The notes beneath the pieces are model-generated. The model ran no database searches. It was not told the DNA's origin and was given only the letters and a program-made list of their open reading frames with translations. This document shows, in pieces, positions 30,330 through 45,158 of a stretch of DNA of 64,000 nucleotides. Origin of the DNA: Eledone cirrhosa (lineage: Eukaryota); the NCBI GenBank assembly GCA_964016885.1, contig OZ024740.1:47368001-47432000 (forward strand), given 5' to 3'. The position numbers were made by a program, and so were the translations under genes. Numbering within the stretch: the stretch's first letter is position 1; every line of letters starts with the position of its first letter.

Positions 30330-31000
30330 GCCTACTTCCTTTCAAAGACACCTTAAGATATTGAATTATTGATTGTTTGTACATAGTTTTGTCTGCTGGA
30401 AGAGTTCCAAACTTTTTGTTTTTTAGATGAACCGCCAATCTTCAGAACCGTACAAGTGGATGAGGAGAACAGCAAACTGCTTTCTAAAACATCGAATTAT
30501 CTTGATTCTGTTGTAATTAAAAACATTCTTGAACAGTTTCCAGGAAGCAGCATGTGCGGGACGAATGCAATTTAATATTTCCTTGGATCGGAGGCATTTT
30601 ATTGTTGATACTTCCAAGTTAGCCTAACTGGTTAAGTTATTCAATAGGGAGATCGATAATTTGAACTTTAAAATGTGGGGAGAATGTGAGAAGGCCTTCG
30701 TAGTTTCTATATTAATTTATAAACCTATAGGTTCATAAGCATTCATAAATATGTTTAAAACACCCTGAAGATCTTCCGAACTGTGTTCTCCAACGGCGTT
30801 ACGTGCACAGAAGAAAAGACGTTTTTTCAGCTGATCTGAGTCATCAGCCGAGGAAGAAGGTCAGTGGTAGACAGTGTATCTGATGTCGCTGTTGGGTGAA
30901 TACTACCTACTCAACTCTGCCACTGACCTGTTTCCTAGATTCACTGGAACTATCAGGCAACTTAAATTTCGCTTTACGACATTTCCATCTTTCGTTACTT
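30330..31000 (-). mobile_element. Degenerate RTE LINE fragment
   Basis: EILNCIRPAHAASWKLFKNVFNYNRIK...LYGSEDW matches the RTE EIxxRIxxAxxAFxxL..LYGSExW region. Confidence 0.7.
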
Positions 31001-31115
31001 ATTCAGAATTCAGACATGCTTACAGCGAACCACTGGTAATATACGAATAAGTAAAATGTTTAATACAAATAAATATATATATGTTTATGTATATATATAT
31101 ATATGTGTGTGTGTG

Positions 31116-31160
<45 letters not shown>

Positions 31161-31364
31161 TGTGTGTGTGTGTGAATGTATGTGTGTGTGAGTGGTTTTA
31201 CATGTGCATGCGTGTTTGTGTAAGAAATAGAAATTGCAATTAGTTAACTGGTGTGTAAAGTAATTTTAAATATTTTAATTGTATTTTTGACTTCTGGTGT
31301 GAAAGTTACTTTTGAATAATGGAAATGCTGAATAATTCTAAACTGATGTGGAAGTCATCACTCT

Positions 31365-31441
<77 letters not shown>

Positions 31442-31497
31442 GCGTATATATATATATGTGTGTGAGCTTGTGTACGTGTGTGCGTGTGTGTGCGTGC

Positions 31498-31530
<33 letters not shown>

Positions 31531-31553
31531 TGTCTGAGTGTGTGTGTATAGGC

Positions 31554-31584
<31 letters not shown>

Positions 31585-32139
31585 GTTCAACATATTTACG
31601 CTATTAGTCATATCTTAAAGGATATCTACTCTCGCTAATTTCAATTCCTCATTTAGTATGTAATAATCTAAATTACATTTTAGAATTTATTGTATTTTCT
31701 GAATTATGGAATACATACATTAAGAGATCTTATCGTACATTCCAAAGTATGAATTAAATACATTGTAAATTCCCTAAATTAGGTATTCGGTAGTAAAGTT
31801 CCCCCACAATGGCTTCCACGTGTCAGATCTACTGGAGATTGTGTCTCTTATATCATTCGTCATTGGTCTCTGAAAGGTCTTCCCTGGTAAGATAACCTTG
31901 TAGTTAAAATAATACCCCCCACTCTAGTGGTATACATCTGTCTCTCATTACTTGGGCTGAAAGATCCTTGTCAGACTACATAGTTGAAGGGTGACGTGAC
32001 GGCGCCCTCTCTGACTAACTGTGTATTCCCTCTGATATACTCCAAGATTCAGAAACATTTTTACACTCTTCCTTCTGTACATTACTTACTTGTCACTATT
32101 AACAACATACACATACACACACACACACACACACGCACG

Positions 32140-32221
<82 letters not shown>

Positions 32222-32462
32222 AATACAGATGTTACTACACCACTTCACGCCCCATTAAACGTCTTCACTATCGTCATCATGTATGTGTAATCTAAACATC
32301 TCACACTAGATAGGTACTGAATTCTTGAATAGAAACTTTCCGAGCAACGTTCGAGACATGACAACAAAGTGACTCAATCACTTTACTTATTAACAAAATA
32401 ACACAATTAGAATCCACAAAGCTGTGGTAAATGCTTGGCTCGAAAATCTCTGGTAGTGCCAC

Positions 32463-32517
<55 letters not shown>

Positions 32518-32724
32518 AGATTCAGGATCACCTCGACGGCTGAGCTCCGGCCGTTTCGACAGCTAGATCATATATATATACATGTATATATATATATTAT
32601 TCAGTTGAAGAAAGTTGGTTGATCAAAAGTCTGCCGGCTTATTCTTAAACAGACGTGATCCACTCCACGGTTTTTGTTCCATATGATTTTCTTCGTTAGG
32701 TATCGTTCGGAGTTTTAATATAAT

Positions 32725-33064
32725 AAATAAGAGAAACAGTTTTATTCGTGCATCTTCATTTATTTACTAGTTCGTTATACGTATTTTGAAGATGTAAGGT
32801 AGTTTTAAATTAAGCCCTTTCCACGTTCTCTTCATACCTTCCAAGTTCTCTTCATACCTTCCAATTTCTCTTTATACCTTCCACGTTCTCTTCATATATG
32901 AGCGAGGTTAACAACATGTCGAACTAGTAGCATATCAATGGAAAATTACATCTCGTTTTCTCTGAAGAGAACGTGGAAGTGGTTATTATATAATTACTTT
33001 ACATCTTCGAAATACGTATAACGAAGTAATAAATAAATGAAGATGTACGAATAAAACCGCCTCT

Positions 33065-33070
<6 letters not shown>
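32725..33070. mobile_element. Fold-back cassette with hammerhead-like motif (32953-33024) and internal 20-bp tandem repeat
   Basis: tcgt-(tttct)-CTGAAGA-long stem II-GAAA-TACGTA-TA-acga..aataaa; ttccacgttctcttcatacc about 4 times at 32819-32895. Confidence 0.7.
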
Positions 33071-33104
<34 letters not shown>

Positions 33105-33108
<4 letters not shown>

Positions 33109-33468
33109 AAATAAAGTAAAGTAAAAGTCAAATGTTTAAAATTTAGCTTCGTTTATTACTGCTATATATATTTCGGTGACAGCCATCTTTGGCTGTGACC
33201 TCTTCAGGCAGTCCGAATTAGTGTGGTATAGACAAGTACATATGTTGTTGAGGTGTATAATTTTGTCAATACTCTGATATGTCCAGTTCCTGGTTGGGTT
33301 GTTATTTCACTGAGGAACTGGAATCATATGAAGCTAAATTTTAAACATTTGACTTTTATTTTACTTTATTTTACATTACTCCGGAGTAACCAAACCAAAC
33401 TGCGCACTTCGTCGAGTGCTCCAGCCTGCATACTGAGGTGTTGGTATACAACCAACATATACTCAAAA

Positions 33469-33469
<1 letters not shown>
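33105..33469. mobile_element. Fold-back cassette with hammerhead at 33158-33212 (-)
   Basis: actgc-CTGAAGA-ggtcacagcca..tggctgtcacc-GAAA-TATATA-TA-gcagt-aataaa; (TA)n on both sides; same family as 56865-57407. Confidence 0.85.
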
Positions 33470-33531
<62 letters not shown>

Positions 33532-33663
33532 ATATATATGACTTACATTACAAAGAATTACATTACAAAGAATGAAGTTTCTCTATAGAGCCAATAAATA
33601 GTCTGACTAGGTTGTAACATTCTAAAAAGCTTAGGTAATAACGATATTGAAGTAATTTTGCTA

Positions 33664-34148
33664 TCTTTGTTACAAAATAAAGTAAGGAGCGCGGGACTGC
33701 GTACGGTTTATAATTTTTTATCCCATTAGTAAAATAAGTTGGATTACTTTGAATAAATAATGAATGAATATTACATAATTCATCTACTAAATTTCGTGAC
33801 TGTTCATTAAATGTATTTTATTACTTATTTAAAGATTCACTTATTTAAAATTTTCAAATGTCAACACTTCCGGTTAGTGGTCGCTTAAATAAATATTCAT
33901 ATATTTCTGTCACTAAATTTCTCCTAATGCAGTTTATATATAATATCATCTTTTTAAAAAGTAATATGGATTACGTTACTGATTACAGAAGACAGTGTAA
34001 CGCAGTCTTCGCTCAATTTCTGTGTATATTGTCAATTATGATTTTATTTGATGTATCATATCTACATGCATATATACTTGCGTATAATATCAATATACAC
34101 ACTACACATGCTAGCGGAAAACCACCCGAAGGGTGGTTTTTCTGCTAG
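33664..34148 (+). mobile_element. Non-autonomous Helitron (second copy)
   Basis: A|TC 5' end; aaaaccaccc gaa gggtggtttt hairpin; CTAG|T 3' end; no TSD seen; homologous to 12440-12967. Confidence 0.8.
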
Positions 34149-35403
34149 TTAATATAAAAAAGAAAGTCATTTGAATGAATGGCAAATATTCAATAAACAA
34201 GATGATCCAACCATTAATTTATAGAGAAATAGACGTTTCTCTATACTTCTTGTTTCACTACTATGACAGCTTCTGATTCTCTAAACAAGCTATCTACATA
34301 TTCACTTTAGTTATGCTGCTCCCTCTCTCCACCTATCGTTCATCTTCCTATCAACCTTATTATGTTTCATGTAATGAAAACAGCATTTGTTTACCGAATA
34401 CTTATATACACAAATGAATAGCAGCTTTCAGATATATTTCCCTGCTAGCGACCTACAAATTTTAAAGTTAAATTTCATCCGCAGCAATAGTCAGGAAAAT
34501 CATGCAAAGATCATGGACACTATCATCTACTGTTCACAGTTTCTTCGGAGTTTACGAATATAATGTGTCTTTATTAGTTATGTATGCCACCAACAAAAGA
34601 CATACTCAGAATCATCCTTCTTCAAACGTTATTTGTGCATTTACACTATTTCTTATGCAACCTACAAATTTCAAATAGAAAAATGCTTTTAAAAAAAAAT
34701 ATGTGTAGCTGTTTGTGAATTTGAGCATACATCAACAAGGTCAAATGGAAGTTGTGCTCAGTATGACGCCCGTCTAGGCGATATGAACCATTCAGTTATA
34801 TAACTTAGAGGGTCTAATAAGGTTAATAGACAACTTAAAAGACAGAAAAATCATTGCTGTGCTTGACAGCGTGAATAAAAAATTTTTTAGAATAGTTTTG
34901 AGTGAGATAATAATAATGCTATATGTATTAACTGAAGCCATTTCAAAGTTTTGACATATGGGAAGTTTCTATGAAACAAAACGCAAACTAACAAACCTGA
35001 AAAATAGAATGAACGAGAATTATATTTAAGCGAATTAACGTTTTTTTTTTTTTTAATAGAAATTGTTTTAAAAGAATTATGACTCGCTTGGGTCCCATTC
35101 TATTCCGGAGAGATATCAAAAGGGAAATAAATATCGAAAATAAGGGTAGAGAAATAGTAAAAGAAAGTATAGGAAGGAAAGCTTAAACAATTTCTTGTCT
35201 GTTACAGACTGGTGAGAGCTCAGAGGAAAAAATGTGAGATTAATATAAGAGATATCTACCAGAATACACATGGAACAAAAATAAAATAACACAATTCAAA
35301 GTATTAATATTAACGAGTAAACTCTGAACTAGACAAATCCGTTGCTTAATTTTGATTTCTTCTTGAAGTCATCGGATTTCCTAAGAACTCGCTTACTCAA
35401 AAC

Positions 35404-35533
35404 TTTGTCCCTCATAGATAAATATCCATGATAAATATTCATGCTGATATATATTAAAATATTCTATATTTTGTCCCTCAGATAAATATTCATGATAAAT
35501 ATTCATGCTGATATATATTAAAATATTCTATAT
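35404..35533 (+). repeat. Tandem duplication, about 65-bp unit x2
   Basis: tttgtccctca..gataaatat..catgataaatattcatgctgatatatattaaaatattctatat occurs twice. Confidence 0.9.
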
Positions 35534-36036
35534 CATATATATGTGTTTTTCCTGTATCTGCCTATTTGTATATCTACTGTTTCATCTTTTGAATCCTCTG
35601 TAATAATATTCCCGGGGATTATATTCGAAATAGTATTCTCATGCATATTTATAGAACAAACGTAAGCAATGTCAAAACCACTATTCATCACCAAGAGCTA
35701 AATACTGATATGTCTTTAACATACTGCTCGCAATAATGAAGCATACTAACTTATTGATAATTACTAATCGATAAAGTGAACTAGAAGATATATATATTTC
35801 CTTGGTTCGAACATGAACACATAACTTACTAAAGATACAAAGTGTTTTCTGATACTACGACTATGTTTTGGAGCGATTGAAGAATAATAAGTTTTCACTT
35901 GAAGATAGTATCGAAGTCTCCCTTCATTCAACAATTGAAGTCTGGCGTAAGATAATTAGATTGTATTAGTATAAACCCCACCGTTACAATTAAACTATGT
36001 ATGCAACATTCTACATATGTCAGTAACGAATTCGAA

Positions 36037-36056
36037 GATGGTGATGATGATGGTTA

Positions 36057-36087
<31 letters not shown>

Positions 36088-36404
36088 TTTGGTGTTGGTG
36101 GTGGTGGTGTTGTGGTGGTATTGGTGGTGGTGTTGGTGGTGTTGTGGTGTTGGTAGTGGTGTTGTGGTGGTATTAGTGGTGGTGGTGGTGGTGGTGGTGG
36201 TGTTGATGGTGGTATTGGTGTTGGTATTGGTGGTGTTGGTGGTGTTGGTGCTGGTGGTGGTGATGGTGGTGATGTTGGTGGTGGTGTTGGTGTTGGTGAT
36301 GGTGGTGGTGGTGTTGGTGATGGTGGTGGTGATCGTCATCATCGTGGTGTTGGTGGTGGTGGTGGTGCTGGTGCTGCTGTTGTTGGTGGCGGTGGTGCTG
36401 GTGT

Positions 36405-36435
<31 letters not shown>

Positions 36436-36488
36436 GGTGGTGCTGGTGCTGCTGTTGTTGGTGGTGGTGGTGGTGCTGGTGTTGGTGG

Positions 36489-36519
<31 letters not shown>

Positions 36520-37310
36520 GGTGGTGCTGGTGCTGCTGTTGTTGGTGGTGGTGGTGCTGGTGGTGGTGCTGGTGCTACTGTTGTTGGTGGTGGTGGTGGT
36601 GATTGTGGTGGTGTGTGTGTGTGGGGGTGACAACAACGCCAGTGGTTAGGTTGAAGCCACCAAATGTAGAAGTAACCCAGCACAGTTCTTGTGAAGACGA
36701 TTAGAGTCTTAGAAGTTTTCATTGTTGTTGTTGTTGTTTTATTACTGACTTTCTTGTTTTTTTTGTTTTTAATGTTGTTCTTGTTATTTTTGTGGGGGTG
36801 ATGGGTGGGGGTTGTTGTAGTGGGGGTTGTGGTGGTGGTGATGGGGCTGGGGGTCTGGTGGGGGGTGTTGTGGACGTGATGGGGGTGATGGGGGTGGTGG
36901 GGGTGGGGGGTGGGGGCTGTGGGGGTTGTTGTTGTGGGGGTGATGAGGTGGGGTGATGGGGGGGTAGGGGTGGTGGGGGGGGTGGGGGTTGTGGTGGGGG
37001 TGATGAGGTGGGGTGATGGGGTGAGGTTTGTTGTGGTGGGTTGTTGTGGGGGTGATGGGTGGGGGTGATGGGGTGGGGTGATTGGGTGGGGGTTGCTGTG
37101 GGGGTGATGAGGTGGGGTGATGATGTAGGGGTGGTGGGGTGGGTGTTGTAGTGGTGGGAGTGGGTGATGGGGTGGGAGTGATGGGGTGGGGGTGGGGTGG
37201 GGGTGATTAGGTGGGGGTGATGAGGTGGGGGTGATGGGGTGGGAGTGATGGGGTGGGGTTGGGTGGGGGTGATTAGGTGGGGTGATGGGGTGGGGGTGAT
37301 GTGGTGGGTG
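36037..37310. repeat. (GGT/GAT/GCT)n trinucleotide tract followed by a G-rich ggggtgatg-type minisatellite
   Basis: Directly visible; the poly-Val/Thr/Pro ORFs are artefacts. Confidence 0.95.
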
Positions 37311-37914
37311 TTGTTGAACGTGTTTAATTGCTACTGGATTACTGGTTTGGGGGTATTTTTTGCAATGCTGATACTATTGTTTGTTTTGCTGCTGTTGTTA
37401 TTTGTGATGATGATGATGAAGAAGAAGAAGAAGAAGAAGAAGAAGAAGAAGGAGGAGGAGGAGGAGGATACTGTGTTATTACTGTTGTAATATTTGTTAT
37501 TTTCGTTGGTAGCATTTTTGTTCCTGTTACTGCTGTTTTTATTTGTGTTTTAGACGTTGATACTGTTATACGTATTTCTAGAGGGTGTTGTTCATAGCTT
37601 TTGTGTTATTATTATTGTAGTTTCATCCTTATGGGGTCGATAAAATAGAGTACCAGTAATGTACTGGGTAATTTCTGGCCTTGTGCCAAAAGTAGAAACA
37701 ATTATTGTAGTTTTTGATGATTGTGGAATTGTTGCTTAAACAATATTGTTGTTTTACTTTTTTCTACAGTTATGTTTATCCCACGTCGTTGCTTTATCCG
37801 TATTTATCCATAGCACCAAATATATCAACATGTTCATAACATCTGCTTCCTCAAGTTTCTTTTGGTTTTTTCTACATGTTTTATGTATTTCCTCTATTTT
37901 CTCAACCACTTCTT

Positions 37915-38052
<138 letters not shown>

Positions 38053-38146
38053 TGTCAACATAAATGGACCTGTTATTTTTATATAAAGACTTTTGTTTCC
38101 AATTCCAGTCCGTCCGTCCCCTCAATCTATCTTATTTCTCATTCTT

Positions 38147-38182
38147 TCTTGTGATGAAGAACTAGCGTCCGAAACGTTAAGA
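38147..38182 (+). ncRNA. Degenerate ultra-minimal hammerhead (GAAACGUU type)
   Basis: tctt-gTGATGA-agaactagcgtcc-GAAACGTT-aaga. Stem III is reduced to the AACGTT palindrome; C3 is replaced by G. Confidence 0.5.
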
Positions 38183-38329
38183 CCCGCTTATTGCTATTTC
38201 AAGCGTTAACCTAATATATTCTTTCCATATACTGTACCGATTGTGTTGTTATTTCTGTTTACCTTTTATATATATATATATGGAAAAAATGATACTTAAA
38301 TATAAGTATCTACACGTGCATACATATAT

Positions 38330-38600
38330 GTATACAGACGTACAGTAGTATGTATATACATACATACATGCACAGATATATATATGTACGTATGGGTCTA
38401 CCGAACATTTATTATAAGGTTCGGTCTGTTTGTAAACAAACAGCCCGAATTAAGCCCGAATTAAGCTTAATTCAGGTTGTTTGTTTACAAACAAACCGAA
38501 CATTATAATAAATGTTCGGTAAACCCATACGTACATATATATATATATATATGTGTGTGCATATATGTATGTATATACATACTACTGTACGTCTGTATTC
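38330..38600. repeat. Imperfect fold-back, about 130-bp arms
   Basis: tacagacgtacagtagtatg...gaattaagc|ttaattc...catactactgtacgtctgta. Confidence 0.8.
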
Positions 38601-38602
38601 AT

Positions 38603-38671
<69 letters not shown>

Positions 38672-39849
38672 GCCATCTATCTATCAATCAATCTATCTAT
38701 CTATCTATTTCTCGCATCCATTTTTTTCTCATCCATATCGCACCTATCTCTTTATTCAATGTTTTCAGTTCAGCTTTTCTCTAAAATGCCACAGTCTTAT
38801 GGAAAATATAACAGTCTCTAGTTCAAGCAATTAACAATTTTAAATGATATTCTGAAAATATTTATTGAACAGTAGTACAATTGTAAATTATTAATAGCAG
38901 TAATGGAATAAGTAGATTTGTTTCGATTCTCAATGGAATGGTTGCTCCGTCTCTGATCTAAAAGCATAATTATTTCTGTACCACGAGCCATAAATGTTAT
39001 GCTCTGAGGATTTGCTCACCATGACATACTAAAATAATTATATTTCATGCTATTTGATCTCTCTTTTCACACACGGAGATTTTCTACGTGCAATTTCTCC
39101 AATTTATTAATAAGAACTGTAAAAACATCCCACAAACACTCAAAACGTTGAATACCAACAATTGTGATCACACAACGTTGTATCTAGTTAGACAATGGAA
39201 AGACAGCACACATGAGATATGTAAGCCTTTCCAGACTGGTGAGATTGATGTAGTTGTTATTCAATCGAAACACTTGTAGGCCGAACTCTTTGGAAAAACT
39301 GTAGGTGGGGAGAGAATTTACGAAATAGCTGTTCTGGGTGAGAATGATTATGAAAGCTTTGTTTTCATTACAAAACAATGAAGAGAGAAAGTAGAGATGC
39401 GTATTGAGTGGGTCAGAGCTAATAAGGTGCATAGCTTGATAGCTCAGTGAAATATAGGGGACGTTGTTGTACAGTAGAAGAGAAAAATAGAGATAACTGC
39501 GTCTTTTTTCTAGTGGTTGTATCGTGTTAATGAACATTTTTTTATCAATATGTCGAAGAACTTACTTTTGCATATTCCTCTCTAGAAATAGTCTATTACT
39601 TACAAGACACAAATGTCTTATATTTACATGTCTCCAGTGATTACAATCAATGTATGGTTAGATTTATTCATATCAATGTTTGTTAGAAAACTTCACATTG
39701 ATAATCGGCTCCAATTTTGTAATACTCGTCCTTCTTTCTTAATGGCCATATCGCAACCTAACTTTATCGCATTTGTGGTATTTATCTCAGTTATATCATC
39801 TATATTCCCGTGTTGTATATATATTTTTAGCTTTCATCATGTTACACTT

Positions 39850-40780
39850 GTGCTACATCGTTACTTCGTTATTTGCCCATATCCCCTCAATTTCCTCCTC
39901 TTTACCGTGGTCAACAGATCTTCAAAATAGCTCACATGCTGGGTGATATTTTTGCGGACCTCCTTGTTCGAGATGTGTTCTGTATAGGAGATTCCCAGGA
40001 TTCCTCTATAATATCTCAGTTCCACTGTTTGGATCTTTATTTGCAGTTCAATGGTCAGGAGCCATGGCTCGTATGTGTATAGAAAGATGAATAGGACCAA
40101 TGCACGCAGCAGTTTTAGTTTGCATCAGAGAGGCTTCAGCTTAGCAAGTGCTGTAGGTGGTAGAGCATTCCTGGCAAGGACCTCTGGTTCGGGTCCCTCT
40201 TGACTGATCATGGCGCCAAGGTACTTCAACTGCGTTATAGTCTCCAGCTCTTGATCACTGACTGTGATCCTTCTCTCTATTGGATTTGTGGTTTTTCTTA
40301 TCAGCTTGGTTTTCTCAGTGCTGATCTCCGTGCTGTATCTAGCAGACGTTACTCCAAGCAGTTCACTAGCACGGCGTGTTCTTTTTCACTGCCTGAGGTT
40401 TGTAACAATTCATCCTCCTATACTGATGGTGACAGATTGTCTTCAAGGGTGTCGGTCATGATTCTCTCAAGGAAGATGTTAAACGGAGTCGGGAAGGAGA
40501 GGCAGCCCTCTCGGGCGCCTTCTGACGTGTGGAACTAGTCCCCCATTGTACCTTGGACAGGTATTGCACTTGAGGCTTTCACAGCTGTTATATGGTGCGG
40601 ATAATCTTTTGGCCCATGTTATGTTTCTTCATGGTCGCCCACAGCGCATCTTGCCACACTCTGCCGAAGGCTTTCTTGAAGTCAGCAAATACAAGGTAAA
40701 GATCTTGTTGGTGTTGACTGTACCTCTCGCACAGAACTCTCAAATTGAAAATCTGCATTGTGCTGCTCCTTCCGTAACGG
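39850..40780 (-). mobile_element. RTE LINE reverse-transcriptase relic
   Basis: Minus-strand fragments DFKKAF, GCLS..FNIFLERIM, KYLG, and LRYYRGILGISYTEHISNKEV..VKRRKLR. Confidence 0.85.
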
Positions 40781-41724
40781 AATTATTATTTATATAATAT
40801 AATACGTATACTATATAGTATTATATAATTAGAATGTGTCTCAAGAACAGATACACACAGATGTATATTTCATAACTTAATAAAGAATGCAACAGTTGAG
40901 AGAAGTTTTTCCTTCAAAATACACATTTTAGAACCATTCATAAACCTCATTTTGTTATACATTCATTTTAATGATTTGTCTATAGTCACAGCGGAATATT
41001 TTTATTTAATAGAAATGTGTCAGTTTAGACTTGCACATATTTTTTCGTCCCAATTTCTCAGAGGTGGTAATTGTAGCATAACAGATGAATTATTCATTCA
41101 ATGAAATATAATGCTTAGCCAAGCAAATATTACGAAATGTTTTTCTCTCTATCAGCACAAAAATGGTGTAGTTACCAGTCTATCGTTTTGAATTCCAAAT
41201 CCTTGAAGATTCTTCATAATTACATGAAAATACTAGATTAATTATTCATTCGGGAATTGATTTAAAATTAAATCATTCTTTTACTTGATAACATACTCTC
41301 GAGGAGCCAATTGATTATAAAAATCATATAAGAAGGTTAGAGTTTGAAGTAAATATGCAGCTTTCTTAAAACATCACAAATGTCTGGTCATCGTATGTCT
41401 GACATTTATATGATATCATTTAATTCAATCTTTCATCATTTAATTTGAAGAAAATTGGGAAGTGACCTTATATTTTTCAGTCTTACTTAGACTAGGATAT
41501 AGAAATATATGGGCATTAGTACAAAGAGTGTTCCGTTTCAAGTGACACAAGTTAAAGTTGAAGCAACAAAAATATCGATAGGGCTAAAATTGTAAAGGAG
41601 AGACGTTCTAAAAGGAGATGATTTAGTAAGGATTATAGTGACGTATCCAATGAGTATGATTCAAGACGTTATATTCAGTTATACCCCCTCTCACTCACTA
41701 GAATTATGACTACCTTTAAAAAGG

Positions 41725-42150
<426 letters not shown>

Positions 42151-43118
42151 TTATTCATTGTTTAACAAAACTTATGAAACTCCAAATACATTTAGTTCAA
42201 ACCATGGAAAACAACATATCAAAAATTCATTATTTTCTTATGTGTCTGTCTAGAGTTGCAGCACATGTTCCACGTGGTCCCCATTTAAATCTATGCATTT
42301 TTTTCTTTCTTTTTTTGAGGCGTATGGTGAAGTTTAGCATAACGTCTTTACAAACTGACCTAGGGATGGCTCCGATCTGCTCCCTGTTGCTTTTCTTTAC
42401 TTCAGAGATGGTTCTTGTTGCTTTTCTTTACTTCAGAGATGGTTCTGGGTTTGTTGACATACACCGTGTAATTCAGATAACCCTAAAGAAAGAAATCTGA
42501 GAGTCTTAAATCAGAGCTCTGTGGGGTTCCACTCAAAATCAGTTTTCAAACTGATCACACGATTTCCAAAGTTATTTTTCAGCGATTCATTGGCGGTGTG
42601 CAGCTTGCTCCATCTTACTGAAAGCAGTACTTATTTATTAGAAATGGATACATGGTCTGTAGCTCATTTTTTAAAAGTCTTCCAGGAACTTCAACTGGCG
42701 TTTCTTTGTGACTATAGCAGTGACACCATTTTCTTCAAAGAAGAATGGGACAATCAACCCTCTCTCAGAATTTCCCCGTTTTGTGTTCTATTCCACATAC
42801 GCTACAGAACCTCGGATCATGTCACTAACTTTCAGTGTACCTTTATGGGTCGTCTAGAGTGGGTAGGACAGTCCTCAGATATTGCATTGAAATTCTTCAC
42901 TGTACCATAGCTCTCAAACTTTTTTTATCCAGTTTCCTGTATTGAATTTGAATGAATATTTGTCCGTTCTAAAAAATGCATGAAATTACTCCTGGTTCTG
43001 CTTGTACGAGCACACGTATAGTAGTGTTTAAAACTGTGCCGTACCGGTAACCGATCGTCAACCCTTTGTTCAACACTGGCTTTGAGGAACAATCAACATA
43101 TTTCTGGGTCATTATATA

Positions 43119-43297
<179 letters not shown>

Positions 43298-43852
43298 GCA
43301 GTAGTAATGCTCTGACGTAGTGTGAAACGTAACAAGAGAGTATATATGTGTAAAATAAACATCTGTTTAACCCCAATGTGAATTTTTTCAACGTGTCATG
43401 CTATTTTTAGCAACAATGAGAGGGCACTATTGTACCATTTCTAGATTTTTATCCATCTTTAGAGAGACTTACTCATTTGCTGCGAAAACAAAATAAGTTG
43501 AAAGCTCATAGTTTTTTGCTTATGAACATGGTAATGGAAGAGAACCCCAGTTAAAAGATGTTCTCAATATAATAGTGGAGAAAGTAAATATTTATTTAAT
43601 ATAGAAATAGCTTCTACAACACTTTCATTAGTTTTGAATCACCAGGAAAGTCCTGATGATTTCAAACTAATGGAAGTTTTAATCACGTAGAAGTCCTTTC
43701 TGAATTATATATATATATATATATATAATGTATGTGTGTGTGTGTGTAAGCATTACTACTGCTTACAAACACATATATATATATACGTTATTCCGGGTTG
43801 AATCGGAGGTAACCACAGTAAGTAAGGTACTCAATACATAGCAGAGTATAAA

Positions 43853-44243
43853 AGTTTTAATATAGATGAGATTCTACAGGACTAGAACTGTTTCATTCTT
43901 TAGAAATCATCAGGAATCTGGGTATCAAAAAATAAATATGGTATTTATAGGCCTCTTCAGATGGTAGGAGAGGGTAGGGAGTGGGATGGGTAGAGGTCAT
44001 TGGTTGATAGAAAAGGGAATTCATTAAAAGCTAATTCTATATAAATTATAGCTTTAAAGAATTAGCTTTTAATGAATACCCTTTTCTATCAACCAATGAC
44101 CTCTACCCATCCCACTCCCTACCCTCTCCTACCACCTGAAGAGGCCTATAAATACCATATTTATTTTTTGATACCCAGATTCCTGATGATTTCTAAAAAA
44201 TGAAACAGTTCTAGTCCTGTAGAATCTCATCTATATTAAAACT
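43853..44243. mobile_element. Fold-back cassette with two mirror hammerheads (43869-43919 -, 44177-44227 +)
   Basis: 186-bp near-identical arms, 19-nt spacer; agattc-CTGATGA-short stem II-GAAA-CAG ttctagtc CTG-TA-gaatct. Confidence 0.88.
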
Positions 44244-44322
44244 ATATATATATATATATATACATGCACACACACACGCTCAAACAGACACACGCACATA
44301 CACACACACACATACCATACAT

Positions 44323-44453
<131 letters not shown>

Positions 44454-44637
44454 TTTATATATACTGAATATGTATACGTGATCGGTGTGATGTATATGCG
44501 TACATTTATTTCAGAGCCTGTAAAAAAAGTTATGACGAGGAAAGAAAAGAGCAAGGGAATGTAAAAAACAGGTGTATGAAGTAGGAAATAGAACTGCATA
44601 GAGTGGTGTGGTCTCTGCGGAAGGGGAGAGAAGTAAG

Positions 44638-44725
<88 letters not shown>

Positions 44726-45114
44726 TGACAGACAGACTGACAAACTGACAGGCAGAGAGAGGTGAGAACAGAGAAGGAGAGGACAGAATTAACGAGAGAA
44801 ATGTTTAGAAGGGTTGGTAAGAAATAATATAAAGAAAGATAACCTTATCATACAACATACCGCATCAAGTTACCGAATAGAATATATATATCAAATGACA
44901 ATCAAAAGAATAATACAATGGCGTTTTCTGCTGTTTTCTACTTTTTCTCGTGCTTTCCCGTGTCATTACTCTCGTCGCCTTTCGATTTTTAGTGACATTT
45001 TTTTGACAGAAAGAATAGAATTATGATGGTTCCATGCTGTCAAGGATGCGTACAGCCTACATGTGTGCGTGCGTGTGTGTGTCTGTAGTGTGTGTGTGTC
45101 TGTGTGTGTGTCTG

Positions 45115-45158
<44 letters not shown>

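Noticed and set aside
32525-32570. Minus-strand GAAACGGCCG half-motif
   Set aside because: No CUGANGA core or valid NUH; at most a fragment.
35995-36722. Thr-, Val- or Pro-rich ORFs resembling mucin or extensin
   Set aside because: Trinucleotide repeat open in several frames; no supporting gene structure.
41060-41105. Candidate next CAP exon (R-G-G-N-C-S...)
   Set aside because: Stops after 14 codons and lacks the PY..G..C motif; likely chance.
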